From NCBI RefSeq assembly GCF_037042905.1, contig NC_087251.1, positions 37,140,001-37,204,000 on the forward strand: 64,000 nt of DNA, read 5' to 3'. A program made the translations under genes and the position numbers. The notes under the pieces were generated by a model. That model had not been told where the DNA came from. It saw nothing but the letters and a program-made list of their open reading frames with translations, and ran no database searches. The stretch comes from Lytechinus pictus (Eukaryota). The stretch's first letter is position 1; the number at the start of each line of letters is the position of its first letter. This document shows, one piece after another, positions 1 through 15,000 of the stretch.

Positions 1-3000
1 ACACACCCAAAATATATTTCAGGAGCAATCTTCCAATTGTATTTTATAAAGAGGACTTTTAGTTGAAATTTACTCCTCAATATACGAAAAAACATAGAGT
101 ATATAGGGGTGTGGGCTACTAAAACTAAAGCACTAGCCCGTTGTTTTTCTTTACAAATTGAAAGAAGGGAAACCCCCCTACACACACCCAAAATATATTT
201 CAGGAGCAATCTTCCAATTGTATTTTATAAAGAGGACTTTTAGTTGAAATTTACTCCTCAATATACGAAAAAACATAGAGTATATAGGGGTGTGGGCTAC
301 TAAAACTAAAGCACTAGCCCGTTGTTTTTCTTTACAAATTGAAAGAAGGGAAACCCCCCTACACACACCCAAAATATATTTCAGGAGCAATCTTCCAATT
401 GTATTTTATAAAGAGGACTTTTAGTTGAAATTTACTCCTCAATATAAAACATAGAGTATATAGGGGTGTGGGCTACTAAAACTAAAGCACTAGCCCGTTG
501 TTTTTCTTTACAAATTGAAAGAAGGGAAACCCCCCTACACACACCCAAAATATATTTCAGGAGCAATCTTCCAATTGTATTTTATAAAGAGGACTTTTAG
601 TTGAAATTTACTCCTCAATATACGAAAAAACATAGAGTATATAGGGGTGTGGGCTACTAAAACTAAAGCACTAGCCCGTTGTTTTTCTTTACAAATTGAA
701 AGAAGGGAAACCCTCCTACACACACCCAAAATATATTTCAGGAGCAATCTTCCAATTGTATTTTATAAAGAGGACTTTTAGTTGAAATTTACTCCTCAAT
801 ATACGAAAAAACATAGAGTATATAGGGGTGTGGGCTACTAAAACTAAAGCACTAGCCCGTTGTTTTTCTTTACAAATTGAAAGAAGGGAAACCCCCCTAC
901 ACACACCCAAAATATATTTCAGGAGCAATCTTCCAATTGTATTTTATAAAGAGGACTTTTAGTTGAAATTTACTCCTCAATATAAAACATAGAGTATATA
1001 GGGGTGTGGGCTACTAAAACTAAAGCACTAGCCCGTTGTTTTTCTTTACAAATTGAAAGAAGGGAAACCCCCCTACACACACCCAAAATATATTTCAGGA
1101 GCAATCTTCCAATTGTATTTTATAAAGAGGACTTTTAGTTGAAATTTACTCCTCAATATACGAAAAAACATAGAGTATATAGGGGTGTGGGCTACTAAAA
1201 CTAAAGCACTAGCCCGTTGTTTTTCTTTACAAATTGAAAGAAGGGAAACCCTCCTACACACACCCAAAATATATTTCAGGAGCAATCTTCCAATTGTATT
1301 TTATAAAGAGGACTTTTAGTTGAAATTTACTCCTCAATATACGAAAAAACATAGAGTATATAGGGGTGTGGGCTACTAAAACTAAAGCACTAGCCCGTTG
1401 TTTTTCTTTACAAATTGAAAGAAGGGAAACCCCCCTACACACACCCAAAATATATTTCAGGAGCAATCTTCCAATTGTATTTTATAAAGAGGACTTTTAG
1501 TTGAAATTTACTCCTCAATATAAAACATAGAGTATATAGGGGTGTGGGCTACTAAAACTAAAGCACTAGCCCGTTGTTTTTCTTTACAAATTGAAAGAAG
1601 GGAAACCCCCCTACACACACCCAAAATATATTTCAGGAGCAATCTTCCAATTGTATTTTATAAAGAGGACTTTTAGTTGAAATTTACTCCTCAATATACG
1701 AAAAAACATAGAGTATATAGGGGTGTGGGCTACTAAAACTAAAGCACTAGCCCGTTGTTTTTCTTTACAAATTGAAAGAAGGGAAACCCTCCTACACACA
1801 CCCAAAATATATTTCAGGAGCAATCTTCCAATTGTATTTTATAAAGAGGACTTTTAGTTGAAATTTACTCCTCAATATACGAAAAAACATAGAGTATATA
1901 GGGGTGTGGGCTACTAAAACTAAAGCACTAGCCCGTTGTTTTTCTTTACAAATTGAAAGAAGGGAAACCCCCCTACACACACCCAAAATATATTTCAGGA
2001 GCAATCTTCCAATTGTATTTTATAAAGAGGACTTTTAGTTGAAATTTACTCCTCAATATACGAAAAAACATAGAGTATATAGGGGTGTGGGCTACTAAAA
2101 CTAAAGCACTAGCCCGTTGTTTTTCTTTACAAATTGAAAGAAGGGAAACCCTCCTACACACACCCAAAATATATTTCAGGAGCAATCTTCCAATTGTATT
2201 TTATAAAGAGGACTTTTAGTTGAAATTTACTCCTCAATATACGAAAAAACATAGAGTATATAGGGGTGTGGGCTACTAAAACTAAAGCACTAGCCCGTTG
2301 TTTTTCTTTACAAATTGAAAGAAGGGAAACCCCCCTACACACACCCAAAATATATTTCAGGAGCAATCTTCCAATTGTATTTTATAAAGAGGACTTTTAG
2401 TTGAAATTTACTCCTCAATATAAAACATAGAGTATATAGGGGTGTGGGCTACTAAAACTAAAGCACTAGCCCGTTGTTTTTCTTTACAAATTGAAAGAAG
2501 GGAAACCCCCCTACACACACCCAAAATATATTTCAGGAGCAATCTTCCAATTGTATTTTATAAAGAGGACTTTTAGTTGAAATTTACTCCTCAATATACG
2601 AAAAAACATAGAGTATATAGGGGTGTGGGCTACTAAAACTAAAGCACTAGCCCGTTGTTTTTCTTTACAAATTGAAAGAAGGGAAACCCCCCTACACACA
2701 CCCAAAATATATTTCAGGAGCAATCTTCCAATTGTATTTTATAAAGAGGACTTTTAGTTGAAATTTACTCCTCAATATAAAACATAGAGTATATAGGGGT
2801 GTGGGCTACTAAAACTAAAGCACTAGCCCGTTGTTTTTCTTTACAAATTGAAAGAAGGGAAACCCCCCTACACACACCCAAAATATATTTCAGGAGCAAT
2901 CTTCCAATTGTATTTTATAAAGAGGACTTTTAGTTGAAATTTACTCCTCAATATACGAAAAAACATAGAGTATATAGGGGTGTGGGCTACTAAAACTAAA

Positions 3001-6000
3001 GCACTAGCCCGTTGTTTTTCTTTACAAATTGAAAGAAGGGAAACCCTCCTACACACACCCAAAATATATTTCAGGAGCAATCTTCCAATTGTATTTTATA
3101 AAGAGGACTTTTAGTTGAAATTTACTCCTCAATATACGAAAAAACATAGAGTATATAGGGGTGTGGGCTACTAAAACTAAAGCACTAGCCCGTTGTTTTT
3201 CTTTACAAATTGAAAGAAGGGAAACCCCCCTACACACACCCAAAATATATTTCAGGAGCAATCTTCCAATTGTATTTTATAAAGAGGACTTTTAGTTGAA
3301 ATTTACTCCTCAATATAAAACATAGAGTATATAGGGGTGTGGGCTACTAAAACTAAAGCACTAGCCCGTTGTTTTTCTTTACAAATTGAAAGAAGGGAAA
3401 CCCCCCTACACACACCCAAAATATATTTCAGGAGCAATCTTCCAATTGTATTTTATAAAGAGGACTTTTAGTTGAAATTTACTCCTCAATATACGAAAAA
3501 ACATAGAGTATATAGGGGTGTGGGCTACTAAAACTAAAGCACTAGCCCGTTGTTTTTCTTTACAAATTGAAAGAAGGGAAACCCTCCTACACACACCCAA
3601 AATATATTTCAGGAGCAATCTTCCAATTGTATTTTATAAAGAGGACTTTTAGTTGAAATTTACTCCTCAATATACGAAAAAACATAGAGTATATAGGGGT
3701 GTGGGCTACTAAAACTAAAGCACTAGCCCGTTGTTTTTCTTTACAAATTGAAAGAAGGGAAACCCCCCTACACACACCCAAAATATATTTCAGGAGCAAT
3801 CTTCCAATTGTATTTTATAAAGAGGACTTTTAGTTGAAATTTACTCCTCAATATAAAACATAGAGTATATAGGGGTGTGGGCTACTAAAACTAAAGCACT
3901 AGCCCGTTGTTTTTCTTTACAAATTGAAAGAAGGGAAACCCCCCTACACACACCCAAAATATATTTCAGGAGCAATCTTCCAATTGTATTTTATAAAGAG
4001 GACTTTTAGTTGAAATTTACTCCTCAATATACGAAAAAACATAGAGTATATAGGGGTGTGGGCTACTAAAACTAAAGCACTAGCCCGTTGTTTTTCTTTA
4101 CAAATTGAAAGAAGGGAAACCCTCCTACACACACCCAAAATATATTTCAGGAGCAATCTTCCAATTGTATTTTATAAAGAGGACTTTTAGTTGAAATTTA
4201 CTCCTCAATATACGAAAAAACATAGAGTATATAGGGGTGTGGGCTACTAAAACTAAAGCACTAGCCCGTTGTTTTTCTTTACAAATTGAAAGAAGGGAAA
4301 CCCCCCTACACACACCCAAAATATATTTCAGGAGCAATCTTCCAATTGTATTTTATAAAGAGGACTTTTAGTTGAAATTTACTCCTCAATATACGAAAAA
4401 ACATAGAGTATATAGGGGTGTGGGCTACTAAAACTAAAGCACTAGCCCGTTGTTTTTCTTTACAAATTGAAAGAAGGGAAACCCTCCTACACACACCCAA
4501 AATATATTTCAGGAGCAATCTTCCAATTGTATTTTATAAAGAGGACTTTTAGTTGAAATTTACTCCTCAATATACGAAAAAACATAGAGTATATAGGGGT
4601 GTGGGCTACTAAAACTAAAGCACTAGCCCGTTGTTTTTCTTTACAAATTGAAAGAAGGGAAACCCCCCTACACACACCCAAAATATATTTCAGGAGCAAT
4701 CTTCCAATTGTATTTTATAAAGAGGACTTTTAGTTGAAATTTACTCCTCAATATAAAACATAGAGTATATAGGGGTGTGGGCTACTAAAACTAAAGCACT
4801 AGCCCGTTGTTTTTCTTTACAAATTGAAAGAAGGGAAACCCCCCTACACACACCCAAAATATATTTCAGGAGCAATCTTCCAATTGTATTTTATAAAGAG
4901 GACTTTTAGTTGAAATTTACTCCTCAATATACGAAAAAACATAGAGTATATAGGGGTGTGGGCTACTAAAACTAAAGCACTAGCCCGTTGTTTTTCTTTA
5001 CAAATTGAAAGAAGGGAAACCCTCCTACACACACCCAAAATATATTTCAGGAGCAATCTTCCAATTGTATTTTATAAAGAGGACTTTTAGTTGAAATTTA
5101 CTCCTCAATATACGAAAAAACATAGAGTATATAGGGGTGTGGGCTACTAAAACTAAAGCACTAGCCCGTTGTTTTTCTTTACAAATTGAAAGAAGGGAAA
5201 CCCCCCTACACACACCCAAAATATATTTCAGGAGCAATCTTCCAATTGTATTTTATAAAGAGGACTTTTAGTTGAAATTTACTCCTCAATATAAAACATA
5301 GAGTATATAGGGGTGTGGGCTACTAAAACTAAAGCACTAGCCCGTTGTTTTTCTTTACAAATTGAAAGAAGGGAAACCCCCCTACACACACCCAAAATAT
5401 ATTTCAGGAGCAATCTTCCAATTGTATTTTATAAAGAGGACTTTTAGTTGAAATTTACTCCTCAATATACGAAAAAACATAGAGTATATAGGGGTGTGGG
5501 CTACTAAAACTAAAGCACTAGCCCGTTGTTTTTCTTTACAAATTGAAAGAAGGGAAACCCTCCTACACACACCCAAAATATATTTCAGGAGCAATCTTCC
5601 AATTGTATTTTATAAAGAGGACTTTTAGTTGAAATTTACTCCTCAATATACGAAAAAACATAGAGTATATAGGGGTGTGGGCTACTAAAACTAAAGCACT
5701 AGCCCGTTGTTTTTCTTTACAAATTGAAAGAAGGGAAACCCCCCTACACACACCCAAAATATATTTCAGGAGCAATCTTCCAATTGTATTTTATAAAGAG
5801 GACTTTTAGTTGAAATTTACTCCTCAATATACGAAAAAACATAGAGTATATAGGGGTGTGGGCTACTAAAACTAAAGCACTAGCCCGTTGTTTTTCTTTA
5901 CAAATTGAAAGAAGGGAAACCCTCCTACACACACCCAAAATATATTTCAGGAGCAATCTTCCAATTGTATTTTATAAAGAGGACTTTTAGTTGAAATTTA

Positions 6001-9000
6001 CTCCTCAATATACGAAAAAACATAGAGTATATAGGGGTGTGGGCTACTAAAACTAAAGCACTAGCCCGTTGTTTTTCTTTACAAATTGAAAGAAGGGAAA
6101 CCCCCCTACACACACCCAAAATATATTTCAGGAGCAATCTTCCAATTGTATTTTATAAAGAGGACTTTTAGTTGAAATTTACTCCTCAATATACGAAAAA
6201 ACATAGAGTATATAGGGGTGTGGGCTACTAAAACTAAAGCACTAGCCCGTTGTTTTTCTTTACAAATTGAAAGAAGGGAAACCCCCCTACACACACCCAA
6301 AATATATTTCAGGAGCAATCTTCCAATTGTATTTTATAAAGAGGACTTTTAGTTGAAATTTACTCCTCAATATAAAACATAGAGTATATAGGGGTGTGGG
6401 CTACTAAAACTAAAGCACTAGCCCGTTGTTTTTCTTTACAAATTGAAAGAAGGGAAACCCCCCTACACACACCCAAAATATATTTCAGGAGCAATCTTCC
6501 AATTGTATTTTATAAAGAGGACTTTTAGTTGAAATTTACTCCTCAATATACGAAAAAACATAGAGTATATAGGGGTGTGGGCTACTAAAACTAAAGCACT
6601 AGCCCGTTGTTTTTCTTTACAAATTGAAAGAAGGGAAACCCTCCTACACACACCCAAAATATATTTCAGGAGCAATCTTCCAATTGTATTTTATAAAGAG
6701 GACTTTTAGTTGAAATTTACTCCTCAATATACGAAAAAACATAGAGTATATAGGGGTGTGGGCTACTAAAACTAAAGCACTAGCCCGTTGTTTTTCTTTA
6801 CAAATTGAAAGAAGGGAAACCCCCCTACACACACCCAAAATATATTTCAGGAGCAATCTTCCAATTGTATTTTATAAAGAGGACTTTTAGTTGAAATTTA
6901 CTCCTCAATATAAAACATAGAGTATATAGGGGTGTGGGCTACTAAAACTAAAGCACTAGCCCGTTGTTTTTCTTTACAAATTGAAAGAAGGGAAACCCCC
7001 CTACACACACCCAAAATATATTTCAGGAGCAATCTTCCAATTGTATTTTATAAAGAGGACTTTTAGTTGAAATTTACTCCTCAATATAAAACATAGAGTA
7101 TATAGGGGTGTGGGCTACTAAAACTAAAGCACTAGCCCGTTGTTTTTCTTTACAAATTGAAAGAAGGGAAACCCCCCTACACACACCCAAAATATATTTC
7201 AGGAGCAATCTTCCAATTGTATTTTATAAAGAGGACTTTTAGTTGAAATTTACTCCTCAATATACGAAAAAACATAGAGTATATAGGGGTGTGGGCTACT
7301 AAAACTAAAGCACTAGCCCGTTGTTTTTCTTTACAAATTGAAAGAAGGGAAACCCTCCTACACACACCCAAAATATATTTCAGGAGCAATCTTCCAATTG
7401 TATTTTATAAAGAGGACTTTTAGTTGAAATTTACTCCTCAATATACGAAAAAACATAGAGTATATAGGGGTGTGGGCTACTAAAACTAAAGCACTAGCCC
7501 GTTGTTTTTCTTTACAAATTGAAAGAAGGGAAACCCCCCTACACACACCCAAAATATATTTCAGGAGCAATCTTCCAATTGTATTTTATAAAGAGGACTT
7601 TTAGTTGAAATTTACTCCTCAATATAAAACATAGAGTATATAGGGGTGTGGGCTACTAAAACTAAAGCACTAGCCCGTTGTTTTTCTTTACAAATTGAAA
7701 GAAGGGAAACCCCCCTACACACACCCAAAATATATTTCAGGAGCAATCTTCCAATTGTATTTTATAAAGAGGACTTTTAGTTGAAATTTACTCCTCAATA
7801 TACGAAAAAACATAGAGTATATAGGGGTGTGGGCTACTAAAACTAAAGCACTAGCCCGTTGTTTTTCTTTACAAATTGAAAGAAGGGAAACCCTCCTACA
7901 CACACCCAAAATATATTTCAGGAGCAATCTTCCAATTGTATTTTATAAAGAGGACTTTTAGTTGAAATTTACTCCTCAATATACGAAAAAACATAGAGTA
8001 TATAGGGGTGTGGGCTACTAAAACTAAAGCACTAGCCCGTTGTTTTTCTTTACAAATTGAAAGAAGGGAAACCCCCCTACACACACCCAAAATATATTTC
8101 AGGAGCAATCTTCCAATTGTATTTTATAAAGAGGACTTTTAGTTGAAATTTACTCCTCAATATAAAACATAGAGTATATAGGGGTGTGGGCTACTAAAAC
8201 TAAAGCACTAGCCCGTTGTTTTTCTTTACAAATTGAAAGAAGGGAAACCCCCCTACACACACCCAAAATATATTTCAGGAGCAATCTTCCAATTGTATTT
8301 TATAAAGAGGACTTTTAGTTGAAATTTACTCCTCAATATACGAAAAAACATAGAGTATATAGGGGTGTGGGCTACTAAAACTAAAGCACTAGCCCGTTGT
8401 TTTTCTTTACAAATTGAAAGAAGGGAAACCCTCCTACACACACCCAAAATATATTTCAGGAGCAATCTTCCAATTGTATTTTATAAAGAGGACTTTTAGT
8501 TGAAATTTACTCCTCAATATACGAAAAAACATAGAGTATATAGGGGTGTGGGCTACTAAAACTAAAGCACTAGCCCGTTGTTTTTCTTTACAAATTGAAA
8601 GAAGGGAAACCCCCCTACACACACCCAAAATATATTTCAGGAGCAATCTTCCAATTGTATTTTATAAAGAGGACTTTTAGTTGAAATTTACTCCTCAATT
8701 TAAAACATAGAGTATATAGGGGTGTGGGCTACTAAAACTAAAGCACTAGCCCGTTGTTTTTCTTTACAAATTGAAAGAAGGGAAACCCCCCTACACACAC
8801 CCAAAATATATTTCAGGAGCAATCTTCCAATTGTATTTTATAAAGAGGACTTTTAGTTGAAATTTACTCCTCAATATACGAAAAAACATAGAGTATATAG
8901 GGGTGTGGGCTACTAAAACTAAAGCACTAGCCCGTTGTTTTTCTTTACAAATTGAAAGAAGGGAAACCCTCCTACACACACCCAAAATATATTTCAGGAG

Positions 9001-12000
9001 CAATCTTCCAATTGTATTTTATAAAGAGGACTTTTAGTTGAAATTTACTCCTCAATATACGAAAAAACATAGAGTATATAGGGGTGTGGGCTACTAAAAC
9101 TAAAGCACTAGCCCGTTGTTTTTCTTTACAAATTGAAAGAAGGGAAACCCCCCTACACACACCCAAAATATANNNNNNNNNNNNNNNNNNNNNNNNNNNN
9201 NNNNNNNNNNNNNNNNNNNNNNNNNNNNNNNNNNNNNNNNNNNNNNNNNNNNNNNNNNNNNNNNNNNNNNNNNNNNNNNNNNNNNNNNNNNNNNNNNNNN
9301 NNNNNNNNNNNNNNNNNNNNNNNNNNNNNNNNNNNNNNNNNNNNNNNNNNNNNNNNNNNNNNNNNNNNNNNNTTATTTCAGGAGCAATCTTCCAATTGTA
9401 TTTTATAAAGAGGACTTTTAGTTGAAATTTACTCCTCAATATACGAAAAAACATAGAGTATATAGGGGTGTGGGCTACTAAAACTAAAGCACTAGCCCGT
9501 TGTTTTTCTTTACAAATTGAAAGAAGGGAAACCCTCCTACACACACCCAAAATATATTTCAGGAGCAATCTTCCAATTGTATTTTATAAAGAGGACTTTT
9601 AGTTGAAATTTACTCCTCAATATACGAAAAAACATAGAGTATATAGGGGTGTGGGCTACTAAAACTAAAGCACTAGCCCGTTGTTTTTCTTTACAAATTG
9701 AAAGAAGGGAAACCCCCCTACACACACCCAAAATATATTTCAGGAGCAATCTTCCAATTGTATTTTATAAAGAGGACTTTTAGTTGAAATTTACTCCTCA
9801 ATATACGAAAAAACATAGAGTATATAGGGGTGTGGGCTACTAAAACTAAAGCACTAGCCCGTTGTTTTTCTTTACAAATTGAAAGAAGGGAAACCCTCCT
9901 ACACACACCCAAAATATATTTCAGGAGCAATCTTCCAATTGTATTTTATAAAGAGGACTTTTAGTTGAAATTTACTCCTCAATATACGAAAAAACATAGA
10001 GTATATAGGGGTGTGGGCTACTAAAACTAAAGCACTAGCCCGTTGTTTTTCTTTACAAATTGAAAGAAGGGAAACCCCCCTACACACACCCAAAATATAT
10101 TTCAGGAGCAATCTTCCAATTGTATTTTATAAAGAGGACTTTTAGTTGAAATTTACTCCTCAATATACGAAAAAACATAGAGTATATAGGGGTGTGGGCT
10201 ACTAAAACTAAAGCACTAGCCCGTTGTTTTTCTTTACAAATTGAAAGAAGGGAAACCCCCCTACACACACCCAAAATATATTTCAGGAGCAATCTTCCAA
10301 TTGTATTTTATAAAGAGGACTTTTAGTTGAAATTTACTCCTCAATATAAAACATAGAGTATATAGGGGTGTGGGCTACTAAAACTAAAGCACTAGCCCGT
10401 TGTTTTTCTTTACAAATTGAAAGAAGGGAAACCCCCCTACACACACCCAAAATATATTTCAGGAGCAATCTTCCAATTGTATTTTATAAAGAGGACTTTT
10501 AGTTGAAATTTACTCCTCAATATACGAAAAAACATAGAGTATATAGGGGTGTGGGCTACTAAAACTAAAGCACTAGCCCGTTGTTTTTCTTTACAAATTG
10601 AAAGAAGGGAAACCCTCCTACACACACCCAAAATATATTTCAGGAGCAATCTTCCAATTGTATTTTATAAAGAGGACTTTTAGTTGAAATTTACTCCTCA
10701 ATATACGAAAAAACATAGAGTATATAGGGGTGTGGGCTACTAAAACTAAAGCACTAGCCCGTTGTTTTTCTTTACAAATTGAAAGAAGGGAAACCCCCCT
10801 ACACACACCCAAAATATATTTCAGGAGCAATCTTCCAATTGTATTTTATAAAGAGGACTTTTAGTTGAAATTTACTCCTCAATATAAAACATAGAGTATA
10901 TAGGGGTGTGGGCTACTAAAACTAAAGCACTAGCCCGTTGTTTTTCTTTACAAATTGAAAGAAGGGAAACCCCCCTACACACACCCAAAATATATTTCAG
11001 GAGCAATCTTCCAATTGTATTTTATAAAGAGGACTTTTAGTTGAAATTTACTCCTCAATATAAAACATAGAGTATATAGGGGTGTGGGCTACTAAAACTA
11101 AAGCACTAGCCCGTTGTTTTTCTTTACAAATTGAAAGAAGGGAAACCCCCCTACACACACCCAAAATATATTTCAGGAGCAATCTTCCAATTGTATTTTA
11201 TAAAGAGGACTTTTAGTTGAAATTTACTCCTCAATATACGAAAAAACATAGAGTATATAGGGGTGTGGGCTACTAAAACTAAAGCACTAGCCCGTTGTTT
11301 TTCTTTACAAATTGAAAGAAGGGAAACCCTCCTACACACACCCAAAATATATTTCAGGAGCAATCTTCCAATTGTATTTTATAAAGAGGACTTTTAGTTG
11401 AAATTTACTCCTCAATATACGAAAAAACATAGAGTATATAGGGGTGTGGGCTACTAAAACTAAAGCACTAGCCCGTTGTTTTTCTTTACAAATTGAAAGA
11501 AGGGAAACCCCCCTACACACACCCAAAATATATTTCAGGAGCAATCTTCCAATTGTATTTTATAAAGAGGACTTTTAGTTGAAATTTACTCCTCAATATA
11601 AAACATAGAGTATATAGGGGTGTGGGCTACTAAAACTAAAGCACTAGCCCGTTGTTTTTCTTTACAAATTGAAAGAAGGGAAACCCCCCTACACACACCC
11701 AAAATATATTTCAGGAGCAATCTTCCAATTGTATTTTATAAAGAGGACTTTTAGTTGAAATTTACTCCTCAATATACGAAAAAACATAGAGTATATAGGG
11801 GTGTGGGCTACTAAAACTAAAGCACTAGCCCGTTGTTTTTCTTTACAAATTGAAAGAAGGGAAACCCTCCTACACACACCCAAAATATATTTCAGGAGCA
11901 ATCTTCCAATTGTATTTTATAAAGAGGACTTTTAGTTGAAATTTACTCCTCAATATACGAAAAAACATAGAGTATATAGGGGTGTGGGCTACTAAAACTA

Positions 12001-15000
12001 AAGCACTAGCCCGTTGTTTTTCTTTACAAATTGAAAGAAGGGAAACCCCCCTACACACACCCAAAATATATTTCAGGAGCAATCTTCCAATTGTATTTTA
12101 TAAAGAGGACTTTTAGTTGAAATTTACTCCTCAATATAAAACATAGAGTATATAGGGGTGTGGGCTACTAAAACTAAAGCACTAGCCCGTTGTTTTTCTT
12201 TACAAATTGAAAGAAGGGAAACCCCCCTACACACACCCAAAATATATTTCAGGAGCAATCTTCCAATTGTATTTTATAAAGAGGACTTTTAGTTGAAATT
12301 TACTCCTCAATATACGAAAAAACATAGAGTATATAGGGGTGTGGGCTACTAAAACTAAAGCACTAGCCCGTTGTTTTTCTTTACAAATTGAAAGAAGGGA
12401 AACCCTCCTACACACACCCAAAATATATTTCAGGAGCAATCTTCCAATTGTATTTTATAAAGAGGACTTTTAGTTGAAATTTACTCCTCAATATACGAAA
12501 AAACATAGAGTATATAGGGGTGTGGGCTACTAAAACTAAAGCACTAGCCCGTTGTTTTTCTTTACAAATTGAAAGAAGGGAAACCCCCCTACACACACCC
12601 AAAATATATTTCAGGAGCAATCTTCCAATTGTATTTTATAAAGAGGACTTTTAGTTGAAATTTACTCCTCAATATAAAACATAGAGTATATAGGGGTGTG
12701 GGCTACTAAAACTAAAGCACTAGCCCGTTGTTTTTCTTTACAAATTGAAAGAAGGGAAACCCCCCTACACACACCCAAAATATATTTCAGGAGCAATCTT
12801 CCAATTGTATTTTATAAAGAGGACTTTTAGTTGAAATTTACTCCTCAATATACGAAAAAACATAGAGTATATAGGGGTGTGGGCTACTAAAACTAAAGCA
12901 CTAGCCCGTTGTTTTTCTTTACAAATTGAAAGAAGGGAAACCCTCCTACACACACCCAAAATATATTTCAGGAGCAATCTTCCAATTGTATTTTATAAAG
13001 AGGACTTTTAGTTGAAATTTACTCCTCAATATACGAAAAAACATAGAGTATATAGGGGTGTGGGCTACTAAAACTAAAGCACTAGCCCGTTGTTTTTCTT
13101 TACAAATTGAAAGAAGGGAAACCCCCCTACACACACCCAAAATATATTTCAGGAGCAATCTTCCAATTGTATTTTATAAAGAGGACTTTTAGTTGAAATT
13201 TACTCCTCAATATAAAACATAGAGTATATAGGGGTGTGGGCTACTAAAACTAAAGCACTAGCCCGTTGTTTTTCTTTACAAATTGAAAGAAGGGAAACCC
13301 CCCTACACACACCCAAAATATATTTCAGGAGCAATCTTCCAATTGTATTTTATAAAGAGGACTTTTAGTTGAAATTTACTCCTCAATATACGAAAAAACA
13401 TAGAGTATATAGGGGTGTGGGCTACTAAAACTAAAGCACTAGCCCGTTGTTTTTCTTTACAAATTGAAAGAAGGGAAACCCTCCTACACACACCCAAAAT
13501 ATATTTCAGGAGCAATCTTCCAATTGTATTTTATAAAGAGGACTTTTAGTTGAAATTTACTCCTCAATATACGAAAAAACATAGAGTATATAGGGGTGTG
13601 GGCTACTAAAACTAAAGCACTAGCCCGTTGTTTTTCTTTACAAATTGAAAGAAGGGAAACCCCCCTACACACACCCAAAATATATTTCAGGAGCAATCTT
13701 CCAATTGTATTTTATAAAGAGGACTTTTAGTTGAAATTTACTCCTCAATATACGAAAAAACATAGAGTATATAGGGGTGTGGGCTACTAAAACTAAAGCA
13801 CTAGCCCGTTGTTTTTCTTTACAAATTGAAAGAAGGGAAACCCTCCTACACACACCCAAAATATATTTCAGGAGCAATCTTCCAATTGTATTTTATAAAG
13901 AGGACTTTTAGTTGAAATTTACTCCTCAATATACGAAAAAACATAGAGTATATAGGGGTGTGGGCTACTAAAACTAAAGCACTAGCCCGTTGTTTTTCTT
14001 TACAAATTGAAAGAAGGGAAACCCCCCTACACACACCCAAAATATATTTCAGGAGCAATCTTCCAATTGTATTTTATAAAGAGGACTTTTAGTTGAAATT
14101 TACTCCTCAATATACGAAAAAACATAGAGTATATAGGGGTGTGGGCTACTAAAACTAAAGCACTAGCCCGTTGTTTTTCTTTACAAATTGAAAGAAGGGA
14201 AACCCCCCTACACACACCCAAAATATATTTCAGGAGCAATCTTCCAATTGTATTTTATAAAGAGGACTTTTAGTTGAAATTTACTCCTCAATATAAAACA
14301 TAGAGTATATAGGGGTGTGGGCTACTAAAACTAAAGCACTAGCCCGTTGTTTTTCTTTACAAATTGAAAGAAGGGAAACCCCCCTACACACACCCAAAAT
14401 ATATTTCAGGAGCAATCTTCCAATTGTATTTTATAAAGAGGACTTTTAGTTGAAATTTACTCCTCAATATACGAAAAAACATAGAGTATATAGGGGTGTG
14501 GGCTACTAAAACTAAAGCACTAGCCCGTTGTTTTTCTTTACAAATTGAAAGAAGGGAAACCCTCCTACACACACCCAAAATATATTTCAGGAGCAATCTT
14601 CCAATTGTATTTTATAAAGAGGACTTTTAGTTGAAATTTACTCCTCAATATACGAAAAAACATAGAGTATATAGGGGTGTGGGCTACTAAAACTAAAGCA
14701 CTAGCCCGTTGTTTTTCTTTACAAATTGAAAGAAGGGAAACCCCCCTACACACACCCAAAATATATTTCAGGAGCAATCTTCCAATTGTATTTTATAAAG
14801 AGGACTTTTAGTTGAAATTTACTCCTCAATATAAAACATAGAGTATATAGGGGTGTGGGCTACTAAAACTAAAGCACTAGCCCGTTGTTTTTCTTTACAA
14901 ATTGAAAGAAGGGAAACCCCCCTACACACACCCAAAATATATTTCAGGAGCAATCTTCCAATTGTATTTTATAAAGAGGACTTTTAGTTGAAATTTACTC

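Noticed and set aside
8972..9568. 198-, 113- and 91-aa ORFs
   Set aside because: They read through the N gap.
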